Source: Candidatus Nomurabacteria bacterium
GTDB lineage: Bacteria > Patescibacteriota > Minisyncoccia > Phycocordibacterales > UBA9973
Assembly (NCBI GenBank): GCA_016699085.1
Contig: CP064958.1
Span: 271,630-335,629 of the forward strand
Length of the DNA: 64,000 nucleotides
Reading direction: 5' to 3'
The position numbers were made by a program, and so were the translations under genes. The notes beneath the pieces were generated by a model, which saw nothing but the letters and a program-made list of their open reading frames with translations, had not been told where the DNA came from and searched no databases. Shown here in pieces: positions 9,649 to 18,934 of this stretch (positions are counted from its first letter, which is position 1; every line of letters begins with the position of its first letter).

Positions 9649-11826
9649 TTAACTAAACATTGGTCCTGTTGGTCCAGGTCGGCGAGACATATAGAGTCGT
9701 CGAGCTAGATATACGAGAGCAAGGATGATAAGGAGAAGGAGCAACCAGCCAAATAGTGAGTTTGGAAAGAATCCAAATCCAGCTAAGAAGGCAAGACCAG
9801 CAAGTGCGTTTCTGACATTATTTACATGGTTGATTTCGTATGCTGTTGCTTCTTGCTGAGCACCATTTGTATTGGTATATACCAAGTTTGCTGTTGCAAC
9901 CAAGGTATCACCATAGCGAGCTACACCAGCGACCTGACCTGAGAGGTAGTATGTACCTGTCTGGTTAGGAATAAGGCTACCTAGCTCAATCGTAAGTGCA
10001 TTATCTGCATTTGAGAAGAAGCCAGTTGAAGAGTTACGGTAGGAAATATCTTGTGGCAAGATAACACGGAGAATTGCGTTTTGGAGTGTTCGTCCACTGA
10101 TATTTTTGTAGATTACTGTGTAGTCAATGATGTCACCAACGTACACGTTTTCATATCGTGAATCGATTGTAAGCATGATGTCACCGTTACCATTACCTGT
10201 ACCAATAACGGTACCTGTATGAATAACAATTGGTGCCGGTGCAACACTAGTTGAAAGTGTTCGGAAAGAAAGTATCTGACCGTACTTCAAGGTGCCATCA
10301 TTTGCACGAGCAACTGCACGGAAGTAATAGGTAGTATTTGAACTAAGTCCTGTTACTGTATTGAAGAAGCTAAGTGTGCTGTTGGTACCGAGTACTTGCT
10401 GTGTTGAATATTTACCCATCGAGGTTGTTGTACCATATTCGAACCAGCCAGTGACACTATCATTTGAGCTGTTAAGGACAAGAGCATTTAGTACTGCACT
10501 TGATTGTGTGATTGATGAAGCAGGAGTCGTGGTAACTGATACATTGCTGTATATGATACCGCCTGTCGTCGTAAAGCTAAGCACTTGTCCACAAACTGGA
10601 CCTGAACTAGACGATGTGCTCTGTGCGCAAGCTTTGTAGTAATACACATGGTTAGAAGATAGGCCATAGAGTGAGTAGTTGAAACTACCAGAGTATGACT
10701 GTGTACCTGAAGCATAGACAGTGTTGGCTAGATTGTACGTACTATTTGATGTACCCCATTCAAACCATCGAGTCACATTTGAATACGAAGTATTATTTGT
10801 ATTCAAGTATCCTTGGAGCACTGCTGACGTATCAGTAATGTTTGTTGGATAGTTTGTGGTAACTGTTAGATTAGTGTTATTTGAACCATTGTATAGATTT
10901 TCAGAGTCATTGAATGATGTACAATCTGGGTCAGACGCATAACCATTGTAACCACCATAGTCTATGTAGCCATCACCATCGTTATCGAGGTGGTCGTTAC
11001 ATGTATACACTGTTTGACCATTAAATACGTTTTCAAAATCAGTATACGATGTACAATCTGGGTCAGACGCATAACCATTGTAACCACCATAGTCTATGTA
11101 GCCATCACCATCGTTATCGAGATGGTCGTTACAGGTAGCTAAGATTTGGCCGTTAAATACATTTTCTGAATCAGTATTTGATGTACAATCTGGATCAGCT
11201 GGATAGTCAACGAAACCGTCACCATCATTGTCGAGATCATCATTACATGTTGCAGTCGCAACTGTATCTTTACTGATAAGGTATTGTACGCGGAGGTACC
11301 CTTGTGTTGACCAACCAGGAGCAATGTTACCAATATTAATACCACTAGTGAAAAGTTCACTATCACCTATAGTCTGTTGCGTCGTCTGATTTGGAAACCA
11401 AACTGCTGAACCAGGAATGTAGGCCATGGTTTGTGGAGATGAGATTGCAATCGTTACTGAATCTGAGATACCACTGTATCCATCCGCAGTAATCGTTGCT
11501 GTGTAGTTGAAACTAGTGCCTTCAGTAGGACCAGTTGTTGATGGTGACATTTTGATGCGAGTGTTATTCGCAGTTGTCGTACCAGTGTTGTGGTAGTAGA
11601 TATCAAAAGATATAGTATCACCGGCATCCGCTGACACTGTTGTTGAAATCCAGTTTGAACTGTTTGGATACTTTGTCGCATTGATTGCGCGAAGTGTCGC
11701 ATAGTCCTGAGGATCATTATTAAAGCTTACAAACGCTTGCGCGCTATGTGTCACACCAAATACTCCAACACTGAAAACAGCGAGGAAGGCGAACACGGTA
11801 GCGACTTTTGTTATATATGTTTTCAT
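9649..11826 (-). CDS. Large surface protein with signal peptide, three tandem Cys-bounded Asp-rich Ca-binding-like repeats, FN3-like domains and a C-terminal TM anchor
   Basis: N-terminal signal MKTYITKVATVFAFLAVFSVGVFGVTHSAQA. It has three ~44-aa repeats (CNDHLDNDGDGYIDYGGYNGYASDPDCTS) and a C-terminal helix (GWLLLLLIILALVYLARRLYMSRR). Confidence 0.7.
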   Translation of the reverse strand: MKTYITKVATVFAFLAVFSVGVFGVTHSAQAFVSFNNDPQDYATLRAINATKYPNSSNWISTTVSADAGDTISFDIYYHNTGTTTANNTRIKMSPSTTGPTEGTSFNYTATITADGYSGISDSVTIAISSPQTMAYIPGSAVWFPNQTTQQTIGDSELFTSGINIGNIAPGWSTQGYLRVQYLISKDTVATATCNDDLDNDGDGFVDYPADPDCTSNTDSENVFNGQILATCNDHLDNDGDGYIDYGGYNGYASDPDCTSYTDFENVFNGQTVYTCNDHLDNDGDGYIDYGGYNGYASDPDCTSFNDSENLYNGSNNTNLTVTTNYPTNITDTSAVLQGYLNTNNTSYSNVTRWFEWGTSNSTYNLANTVYASGTQSYSGSFNYSLYGLSSNHVYYYKACAQSTSSSSGPVCGQVLSFTTTGGIIYSNVSVTTTPASSITQSSAVLNALVLNSSNDSVTGWFEYGTTTSMGKYSTQQVLGTNSTLSFFNTVTGLSSNTTYYFRAVARANDGTLKYGQILSFRTLSTSVAPAPIVIHTGTVIGTGNGNGDIMLTIDSRYENVYVGDIIDYTVIYKNISGRTLQNAILRVILPQDISYRNSSTGFFSNADNALTIELGSLIPNQTGTYYLSGQVAGVARYGDTLVATANLVYTNTNGAQQEATAYEINHVNNVRNALAGLAFLAGFGFFPNSLFGWLLLLLIILALVYLARRLYMSRRPGPTGPMFS
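10916..11311. repeat. Tandem 132-bp repeat inside the surface-protein gene (3 copies; copies 1 and 2 near-identical)
   Basis: The unit gatgtacaatctgggtcagacgcataaccattgtaaccaccatagtctatgtagccatcaccatcgttatcgag... recurs at 10916, 11048 and 11180 (the third copy is diverged). Confidence 0.8.
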
Positions 11827-12003
11827 ATTTTTATTGTGATTAAGCGCACCTAATAACTTGTTATGCTATAATAATAGCATATTTTAATAAATAAGTCAAT
11901 AGTATACTAACCCTAAGCTTTTGGCCTAGTTTTATTACTGTTAACCTTATTAAACTGCTAACTACATCTTTTAGGCCTCAATCAATCTGTATGACGATTA
12001 AGA

Positions 12004-12049
12004 ACTAAAAATGTAGTGCGATTGTTTCATAAAAACGAAACAATCGCAC
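12004..12049 (-). terminator. Intrinsic terminator of the 12075..13043 gene
   Basis: A perfect 14-bp stem AGTGCGATTGTTTC / GAAACAATCGCACT is preceded on the plus strand by an A-tract. Confidence 0.65.
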
Positions 12050-12074
12050 TGTATGCTTATAATTTTGCAAGATA

Positions 12075-13043
12075 CTATTGGGGATAATATACCCCATTTA
12101 ATACATAGCCTCCTCCAGATCCTCCGCTGGTATTAGTCCAAGGACCATTGGTTCCCGTACTACCTCCAGTGTTTGTTCCTGTCCCTGTACTTCCATTATT
12201 AAATGGGTACCCACTTGGATTCCCGTATCCAGGAATGGATCCTTTGTTATTCTTTCCTAAAGTTTCGGAAAGTATCCAAGCAGTACCGACAGCAGCAGCA
12301 CCGATAGCAGCACCCACAGCATATTTGCCATTTTTGGGTTTGCATTCTTTGCAATCAGCCTCTGTTTTGGTGGTAGTTGTCGTTGCAGTTTTATCTACAT
12401 ACAACGTTTCAACCACTACAGTATGTTTAATAGGCGGCATTGGGGGGTAATAATTCGCGCCAGCCAAACGAGCTGTGGTGTCCGCGTAGGTAGTATGGTT
12501 ACCGTTATTATTGCCGTTGTTATTACCGGCGTTAACAAAAATGTTAGTAACACCACCTGGTGTCGTTGCCACAGATGTAACTTTTGTGAACCCTTGGGGG
12601 GCACGCAAATCATCTGTAAAATTAAAACACCGTGCTGAACCAATCATTCCACCGGTTGCAGCGTGAAGAAACTGCTCACCATTAATATTTGCACGAAAGG
12701 CTCTATAATTGAAACTTCCGTCAGGATTCTGGGAGCATGAAATTTTTACTTCCCCGGCCTTGAATTTGTCCTCAGCTAAATACGATGCATGGAGTGCATC
12801 AATTAAATCTTCCTTGTAGACTATTGGTACACCTGCGGCTCGATACCGGTTTGCTAATTCAAGCTGAAAGCTCGTAGCGCCGTAATTTAAGATACCATCA
12901 ACATCGCCCTTATCAACGATGTTTACCATTACGTTGATGCAATCGCTGTAGGCGATTGAACCAGCGTCTTTTAGTCCAGGCTGTGCGTAACACAGGCTAA
13001 CACTTTGCAAAATTAAGAAAATTAAGAACGTTATTTGTTTCAT
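12075..13043 (-). CDS. Secreted/anchored protein with signal peptide, glycine-zipper TM segment and Gly/Asn/Thr-rich tail
   Basis: Signal peptide MKQITFLIFLILQSVSLCYA, a globular domain, YAVGAAIGAAAVGTAWIL (a glycine zipper), then a G/N/T-rich C-terminus. Confidence 0.55.
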   Translation of the reverse strand: MKQITFLIFLILQSVSLCYAQPGLKDAGSIAYSDCINVMVNIVDKGDVDGILNYGATSFQLELANRYRAAGVPIVYKEDLIDALHASYLAEDKFKAGEVKISCSQNPDGSFNYRAFRANINGEQFLHAATGGMIGSARCFNFTDDLRAPQGFTKVTSVATTPGGVTNIFVNAGNNNGNNNGNHTTYADTTARLAGANYYPPMPPIKHTVVVETLYVDKTATTTTTKTEADCKECKPKNGKYAVGAAIGAAAVGTAWILSETLGKNNKGSIPGYGNPSGYPFNNGSTGTGTNTGGSTGTNGPWTNTSGGSGGGYVLNGVYYPQ

Positions 13044-13188
13044 AGTCTATCGTTTAAGGTATTATGAATTTTTTGGTTTATTTACCTATATCCTATCATA
13101 TTTAACTATATATGTCAATAGCCAGAGGTAGTCTGAAAAGAGTTCTATTTCCTTCGTTTTTAGCACATTTCCTTGTATTATAAGGACA

Positions 13189-14886
13189 ATGATTCAATTC
13201 GATGAGGATAAACAAAACAAGCGACTCGAAGACCTACACAAGCTAGAAGAGGAAGAGTTAGTCAAAGTTCTTGCAGCTGCCAAGTACGATATTCCCTATA
13301 TTGATCTCTCCAGTGTCACCATCGAAAATGAGGCACTACGCATGATTAGTGAACCAGAGGCTCGCAAGGCCGAAGTTGCAGCATTTAAAATTGCCGGCAA
13401 AACCATCGATGTCGCAGTACGATCCCCTGTCCGTGAAGAGCTCGCTTCGATTCGCGACTCTCTCGAGAAGCAAAACTATAGCGTACAATTTTTCATGGCA
13501 TCGCACGCTAGCCTCGAGAAAGCGTGGAGCAGATACGCTGAACTTTCTATGGCATCAGCTTCGAAAGCCGGTGGCATCGATATTTCCGGTGAAGCACTCG
13601 AAGAAATCGCCGAGAAAGTACACTCAATCAAAGATGTTGCACATGTTGTAGAAGAAGTCACCAGTGAAAGCAAGACTCACAAGCTATCACACATGCTTGA
13701 GATTATTTTAGGCGGTGCTATCGCTATCAAAGCATCCGACATTCACATCGAACCCGAAGAAGATCATGTGCGTTTGCGCTTCCGACTCGATGGTGTGCTC
13801 GAAGACATACTGACATTCCCTCACGATACGAATAAACTTTTAAATTCACGCATCAAACTTATCTCGGGACTTAAGCTCACAATGAAAAGTATTGCTCAAG
13901 ACGGACGCTTCAGTATATTTATGAAAGACGGCACTGAGATAAGTATGCGTGTGTCGATCATTCCTGGTGCGTATGGTGAGTCAGTCGTCATGCGTATTTT
14001 GGATCCGAAATCTATCCAAGTAAAACTCGAAGACATGGGTATAGCCAAACGACTCTTTGAGCTCATGGATCGTGAAATCAAAAAACCAAACGGATTGATA
14101 CTCTTAACAGGCCCGACTGGTTCCGGCAAAACGACGACACTCTATGCTTTCCTACGCCGGATATATTCTGCTGAAATAAAAATCATCACTATCGAAGATC
14201 CTATCGAATATCACCTGCCTGGTATTACACAGACACAAGTCGAGAATAATTATTCGTTCCTCGATGGCTTGCGTGCTGCACTCCGCCAAGACCCAGACGT
14301 CATCATGGTCGGCGAAATCCGAGACGCTGAAACAGCAAAAATTGCCGTTGAATCAGCATTGACCGGGCATTTGGTCTTCTCAACACTCCATACGAATAAC
14401 GCTGGCGGTGTTATTCCTCGATTGATCGATCTTGAAGTCAATCCTAAAATTATGGCAGCGGCACTAAGGCTTTCTATCGCACAGCGACTCGTACGCAAGC
14501 TCTGTCCTGTCTGCAAGAAAGAACATGTCCCGACAGAAAGTGAATCCACAAAAATTAAAAGTATTCTAACGGCAGCAGTCGCTAATGGCAAAAACCTCAC
14601 TGAGTATGGCATTGATCCAAATGCACCGATCAAGCTCTGGGATCCTGTGGGTTGTGACAAATGTAATACGACAGGTTACAAAGGACGTATGGGTATCTAC
14701 GAAGCCATTTATACTGATGAAGCAGTTGAAAAAATAATTCCTCTTAATCCAAGCGAACGAGAAATCAAAGCTGCCGCACTTTCCCAAGGCACACTCGATA
14801 TGAAAGAAGACGGTATCGTCAAAGTACTTTTGGGTATCACTTCCTATGATGAAGTCAAAAGTGTCGTTGATCTCGACGAGGAGTAA
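13189..14886 (+). CDS. pilB: Type II/IV secretion system ATPase, GspE/PilB family
   Basis: Walker A LLTGPTGSGKTTTLYA, DPDVIMVGEIRD, GHLVFSTLHTNNA, and a C-terminal tetracysteine motif (CPVCKK ... CDKCNTTGYKGR). Confidence 0.9.
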   Translation: MIQFDEDKQNKRLEDLHKLEEEELVKVLAAAKYDIPYIDLSSVTIENEALRMISEPEARKAEVAAFKIAGKTIDVAVRSPVREELASIRDSLEKQNYSVQFFMASHASLEKAWSRYAELSMASASKAGGIDISGEALEEIAEKVHSIKDVAHVVEEVTSESKTHKLSHMLEIILGGAIAIKASDIHIEPEEDHVRLRFRLDGVLEDILTFPHDTNKLLNSRIKLISGLKLTMKSIAQDGRFSIFMKDGTEISMRVSIIPGAYGESVVMRILDPKSIQVKLEDMGIAKRLFELMDREIKKPNGLILLTGPTGSGKTTTLYAFLRRIYSAEIKIITIEDPIEYHLPGITQTQVENNYSFLDGLRAALRQDPDVIMVGEIRDAETAKIAVESALTGHLVFSTLHTNNAGGVIPRLIDLEVNPKIMAAALRLSIAQRLVRKLCPVCKKEHVPTESESTKIKSILTAAVANGKNLTEYGIDPNAPIKLWDPVGCDKCNTTGYKGRMGIYEAIYTDEAVEKIIPLNPSEREIKAAALSQGTLDMKEDGIVKVLLGITSYDEVKSVVDLDEE

Positions 14887-15006
14887 GAAACAACTAGAAA
14901 AATTGATAGTGGATATTAAAAAAATAAGCACTTCTCGCCCCGTAGCCAAAATATATGCATTCGATATATTTTGTGGTTCGGGGTGGTTGATTTGGATGAA
15001 GAGTGA

Positions 15007-15113
15007 TTGCTTTGATTATATATTTAAAGAGTACGAATATTTTTGTACTCAAAAATTCCTCGAGTTCACGCCGCCGCACTCGCTAGCCTCTTGAAATATA
15101 TAATCAAAGCAAA
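15007..15113. repeat. IR-flanked element (divergent family member), in tandem with copy 15131..15224
   Basis: Flanks ttgctttgattatatattt / aaatatataatcaaagcaa form a 19-bp perfect IR. The core contains a GAGTAC-N10-GTACTC hairpin followed by CGAGTTCACGCCGCC (compare GAGTTCCGC in the main family). Confidence 0.5.
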
Positions 15114-15130
15114 AAGGGATGGTTTGGGGA

Positions 15131-15224
15131 AAAATAAAACACAATTATTTTTGCAGCGAGGACTGTTTGAATCCAATTGTAATTGGATGAGTTCCGCAAC
15201 AAGAAAATAATTGTGTTTTATTTT
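15131..15224. repeat. Intergenic element family copy A: 21-bp perfect AT-rich IR flanks around a conserved 52-nt core
   Basis: Flanks aaaataaaacacaattatttt / aaaataattgtgttttatttt. Core TGCAGCGAGGACTGTTTGA-ATCCAATTGTAATTGGAT-GAGTTCCGCAACAAG. The core is near-identical (reverse complement) to 45308..45359 and 52433..52484. Confidence 0.85.
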
Positions 15225-15254
15225 TTACTTACATTAATATACAAAAGAAAAAAC

Positions 15255-15396
15255 ATGAATCTCTAAACAATCCTTATAACGCTAGGCGCCATAAGTAACA
15301 CAAGTTTGAAGGATGGCCCCAGCGCTCTTAATAAATTAAGTGCCAAAGCGTCCTACGCACAAGCATAGAGATAAATCTGATTGCTTAGAGATTCAT
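15255..15396. repeat. 142-nt element closed by a 19-bp terminal inverted repeat, upstream of ruvB. Candidate structured RNA or large family member
   Basis: CATGAATCTCTAAACAATC ... GATTGCTTAGAGATTCATG (18 of 19 positions complementary). The interior contains GCTTGTGCGTAGGACGC, which resembles the CTTGTGGGGCGTAGGTCCTC core at 28248. Confidence 0.4.
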
Positions 15397-15601
15397 GTCC
15401 TCTCAAGGTTTCTATTCAAAGTATACCGTGGTTACAAGTACCACCAAGCCTTATTTCTAAAGGTTTTGTGGAAATGCTGTGGAAAAATAAAAATCACTGG
15501 AGTTTCTAAATCTCCTTGATTTATATGGGTAATGGTATACTTGGGAGGTCTTATTAACCTAAAAGGTTTTCACTGAGGAGAGTATAGCATATATAAACTT
15601 T

Positions 15602-16618
15602 ATGTCAAGCGATTCGAAACAACCAATCAAGTCCGATGATCACTACCTCGACACAACCCTTCGACCAAATACGTGGGATGAATACATCGGGCAAAATCAC
15701 ATCAAAGAAAATTTACAGATATTACTCCGTGCGGCGCATGAACGAAGTCATACTGCCGAACATATTTTATTTTACGGACCACCGGGTCTCGGTAAAACCA
15801 CCCTTGCGCACCTGATCGCCAAAGAAACAGGCAGACAAATGAAAACAACATCAGGTCCTGCAATCGAAAAAGTTGGCGACCTTGCATCAATACTCACCAA
15901 TCTCTCACCAGGCGATATACTTTTTATTGACGAGATTCATAGACTCAACAAAATGATCGAGGAAGTCCTCTACCCCGCCATGGAGTCAGGCATTCTCGAT
16001 ATTATCATCGGCAAAGGTCCTTCTGCACGAACCATCCAACTCGATTTGCCACCATTTACCCTCATCGCTGCAACAACACGCGTCGCACTACTCTCTGCCC
16101 CTCTTCGCTCGAGATTCTCAGGTGGCACCTTCCGCCTCGAGTTCTACACTGAGCAAGAAATAACCGAAATTGTGAAGCGTTCTGCAAGCATCTTGGGAGT
16201 TACGATCGATGAAGAAGCCATCGGAGAAATTGCCAAGCGTAGCCGCTTTACACCACGTACAGCCAACTATTTCTTGAAGCGCTGCCGCGACTATGCACAA
16301 GTCCACAAGAAAGATTTGGATAAAAAGACTGTGTTCTTGGCATTATCGCTCCTCGGTATCGATGAGCTCGGTCTTTCTGAAATCGATCGAGCAGTGCTTA
16401 CGGTTATCATTGAGAAATTCGACGGAGGGCCTGTGGGACTTAACACCATCGCAGCTGCAACTTCGGAAGAAGAAGCCACTATCGAAGAAGTCGTTGAGCC
16501 GTACCTTATCCAGCGAGGATTGCTTGATCGCACTGCCCGCGGCCGCACAGCAACTAAAAAAGCCTACGAACATTTGGGATTTGAATATAAAGGCGACGTA
16601 CAAGAAAAACTCTTATAA
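15602..16618 (+). CDS. ruvB: Holliday junction branch migration helicase RuvB
   Basis: AAA+ Walker [22 protein letters not shown], Walker [10 protein letters not shown], and a C-terminal winged helix. Confidence 0.95.
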   Translation: MSSDSKQPIKSDDHYLDTTLRPNTWDEYIGQNHIKENLQILLRAAHERSHTAEHILFYGPPGLGKTTLAHLIAKETGRQMKTTSGPAIEKVGDLASILTNLSPGDILFIDEIHRLNKMIEEVLYPAMESGILDIIIGKGPSARTIQLDLPPFTLIAATTRVALLSAPLRSRFSGGTFRLEFYTEQEITEIVKRSASILGVTIDEEAIGEIAKRSRFTPRTANYFLKRCRDYAQVHKKDLDKKTVFLALSLLGIDELGLSEIDRAVLTVIIEKFDGGPVGLNTIAAATSEEEATIEEVVEPYLIQRGLLDRTARGRTATKKAYEHLGFEYKGDVQEKLL

Positions 16619-16622
16619 TATA

Positions 16623-17204
16623 GTGACCAAATACATTTTAATAGGCGGACAAATTCATAAAGCAGATGACGGAGGCAAGGCATTTTGTGAAGAATTAATT
16701 AAAAACGCCACTAATAAACCTATAAAAATTCTTGACTGCCTTTTTGGCCGTGCGAAAGAAGAATGGAAAGAAAAATTTGAAAATGATACGGATTTCTTTT
16801 CTAAAAATCTTGAAAGTTTTGAGCTTGCACTTGCGTCACCCGAAAAATTTATTGATCAGATGAAAAATAGTGATGTGATATTTTTCCAAGGTGGTATTCC
16901 TGGTATGTTCATGTCGATCCTTAACACAATTCCTAATTGGCAAAATGAACTTGAAGGAAAAGTACTCGTCGGAAGTTCCGGTGGAGCAGATACTATTGTC
17001 AAATATTATGGAGTTGGAAAAACTATGAATATTGGCAATGGACTGGGTCTGCTGCCTATCAAATTTATTCCACATTGGAAATCTGATTACGCAAAAGGTT
17101 TAAATATCGACTGGGATGCACTCTTAGAGAAATTGAAATCCTATAAAGAAAAACTTGAAACAATAGTATTAAAGGAAGGAGAGTTTTTAGTTTTAAATCA
17201 ATAA
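16623..17204 (+). CDS. Peptidase S51 family protein (second paralog)
   Basis: ORF 16293..17204 overlaps ruvB. The similar region (VIFFQGG ... VGSSGGA) starts after the ruvB stop. A GTG at 16623 is proposed as the start, which is uncertain. It is a paralog of 137..700. Confidence 0.5.
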   Translation: MTKYILIGGQIHKADDGGKAFCEELIKNATNKPIKILDCLFGRAKEEWKEKFENDTDFFSKNLESFELALASPEKFIDQMKNSDVIFFQGGIPGMFMSILNTIPNWQNELEGKVLVGSSGGADTIVKYYGVGKTMNIGNGLGLLPIKFIPHWKSDYAKGLNIDWDALLEKLKSYKEKLETIVLKEGEFLVLNQ

Positions 17205-17253
17205 AAAACCCAAACATCTTAGAATGCTTGGGTTCTTGTTAACTTCAAATAAT

Positions 17254-17661
17254 TCAGATTGTTTTGGTATGTATGCCTTTATCTTTAACGGTATATAGAA
17301 TTTTTGGTTCAATCAAATCTCTGAGCCACCGAGCAGTGCTTGCGAGAAATTCAACTGTTCCAAGGATTTCCTCACTTACATTTTTAAACATATGTTCATC
17401 TGTGCGGTTATCATCCCTGAAACTAATTGTAACTTTATTGTCACGTTCAAAGTCGATTGTGACCTCCCTCTCTTGCTTTCTTGCATACTGTTCATTTAAC
17501 CAAATATAAATAGAACAAGTATTTGGCTCGACCCCCTCTTCGAGGGTTAAATCCATTATTTCCCAATCGAGAATGTACTCTTTTAATTCCGTTTCCAGCA
17601 AATAAAGGAGTGTTGAGTTTTTCCGCTGAGCTATTAACTTCTGAATTTTTTTATTAATCAT
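17254..17661 (-). CDS. Hypothetical protein
   Basis: 135-aa ORF convergent with the S51 gene and separated from it by a hairpin. No motif recognised. Confidence 0.45.
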   Translation of the reverse strand: MINKKIQKLIAQRKNSTLLYLLETELKEYILDWEIMDLTLEEGVEPNTCSIYIWLNEQYARKQEREVTIDFERDNKVTISFRDDNRTDEHMFKNVSEEILGTVEFLASTARWLRDLIEPKILYTVKDKGIHTKTI

Positions 17662-17821
17662 ATAATCCAGTTTAATGGTGGACAGAAAAGACGGTACTTA
17701 TCATCTACTCTGGTCACCACTAAACAATTTCAAAGAACACCATAGCACTTTTAATATTAACATAAATATATTAAATGTCAATATTCTTTCTACTTACTAC
17801 TTTATACTTTATACTATCCCC

Positions 17822-18346
17822 ATGTCTGGTCATTCCAAATGGTCACAAATCAAACGACAAAAAGGCGCAACCGATGCCAAGAAAAGCCAAATCTTCGGCA
17901 AACTTTCACGACTCATTTCAACAAATGTGAAATTGGCTCATGGAGATCGTAACGCACCATCAGTTCGAGCTGTTATAGAGAAAGCCCAAATGGCAAATAT
18001 GCCGAAAGACACAATCGAGCGAGCGATCCTTAAAGCCCCTGAAACCAAAGACATGGAATACATCACCTATGAAGCATATGGCCCCGGCGGCGTTGGGATC
18101 ATGGTTGAGACATTGACCGACAACCGCAATCGCACAGCACAAGAAATCAAGCATATTTTTTCAAATCATACGTTCGCACTTGCGGGCATCGGATCTGTTA
18201 CCTGGGCATTCGTAAAAGAAGACGGAGAACTAAAAGCAACAACAACTATTGCCCTATCTGATAAAGATACCACCATCCTTGAAACACTAGTTGAAGAGCT
18301 AGAAGCTAATGAAGATGTACAACATGTCTACACCAATGCCGAATAA
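17822..18346 (+). CDS. yebC: YebC/PmpR-family probable transcriptional regulator (short form)
   Basis: Starts MSGHSKWSQIKRQKGATDAKK (the canonical YebC N-terminus). The ORF table extends upstream to 17675, but similarity begins at the ATG at 17822. Confidence 0.85.
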   Translation: MSGHSKWSQIKRQKGATDAKKSQIFGKLSRLISTNVKLAHGDRNAPSVRAVIEKAQMANMPKDTIERAILKAPETKDMEYITYEAYGPGGVGIMVETLTDNRNRTAQEIKHIFSNHTFALAGIGSVTWAFVKEDGELKATTTIALSDKDTTILETLVEELEANEDVQHVYTNAE

Positions 18347-18827
18347 TAAAATAATTTTAGGCATTGACCCAGGTTATGACCGGATTGGTGTAGCTATACT
18401 TGAAGGTAGTAAAAACTTACTTTACTCAGATTGTATTACGACAAACCCAAAAGATACTTTTTGTGATCGTCTGGTTATGCTCGGCAATGATGTTGAGAAA
18501 CTTATTAAAAAATACAAACCTAAATTACTCTCGATTGAGAAACTTTTCTTTACCACCAATCAGAAAACTGCCATGCAGGTAGCTGAGGCAAGAGGGACGA
18601 TTATGTATCTCGCCCGGCAAAATGGCTTGGAAATTATGGAGTTTACACCAATGGAAATCAAAGTCGCAGTTACTGGTTATGGTAAAGCATCCAAAGAAAA
18701 CGTACACGATATGGTAAGAAAATTAATAGATGTTCCAATAAAAAAGACTTTCGATGATGAAATAGATGCCATAGCGATAGCACTCACCGGCGAGACATGT
18801 CAACAGTCATACAAGCGAGGTAAATAG
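18336..18827 (+). CDS. ruvC: Crossover junction endodeoxyribonuclease RuvC
   Basis: IILGIDPGYDRIGVAIL N-terminus typical of RuvC. The proposed start ATG at 18336 overlaps the yebC stop by 11 nt. The yebC-ruvC linkage is classic. Confidence 0.85.
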   Translation: MPNNKIILGIDPGYDRIGVAILEGSKNLLYSDCITTNPKDTFCDRLVMLGNDVEKLIKKYKPKLLSIEKLFFTTNQKTAMQVAEARGTIMYLARQNGLEIMEFTPMEIKVAVTGYGKASKENVHDMVRKLIDVPIKKTFDDEIDAIAIALTGETCQQSYKRGK

Positions 18828-18934
18828 TTTTCCACAGTATTGGTATTTTTGTCTTGCAAAGATAAACAACTTTTGTTAAAACTATCGCATACACAAAAGG
18901 TGTACTATATTCATTTTATTTTTTTGTAACAAAT

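Noticed and set aside
14846-15094. 82-aa ORF spanning the pilB stop and the first intergenic element
   Set aside because: It overlaps the pilB 3' end and the palindromic element 15007-15113. Its reading frame is produced by the palindrome itself, so it is likely non-coding.
15602-18827. Missing ruvA between ruvC and ruvB
   Set aside because: ruvB is separated from yebC-ruvC by two unrelated genes and no RuvA-like ORF is in the window. This is probably just genomic rearrangement with ruvA elsewhere, and it cannot be assessed from this window.
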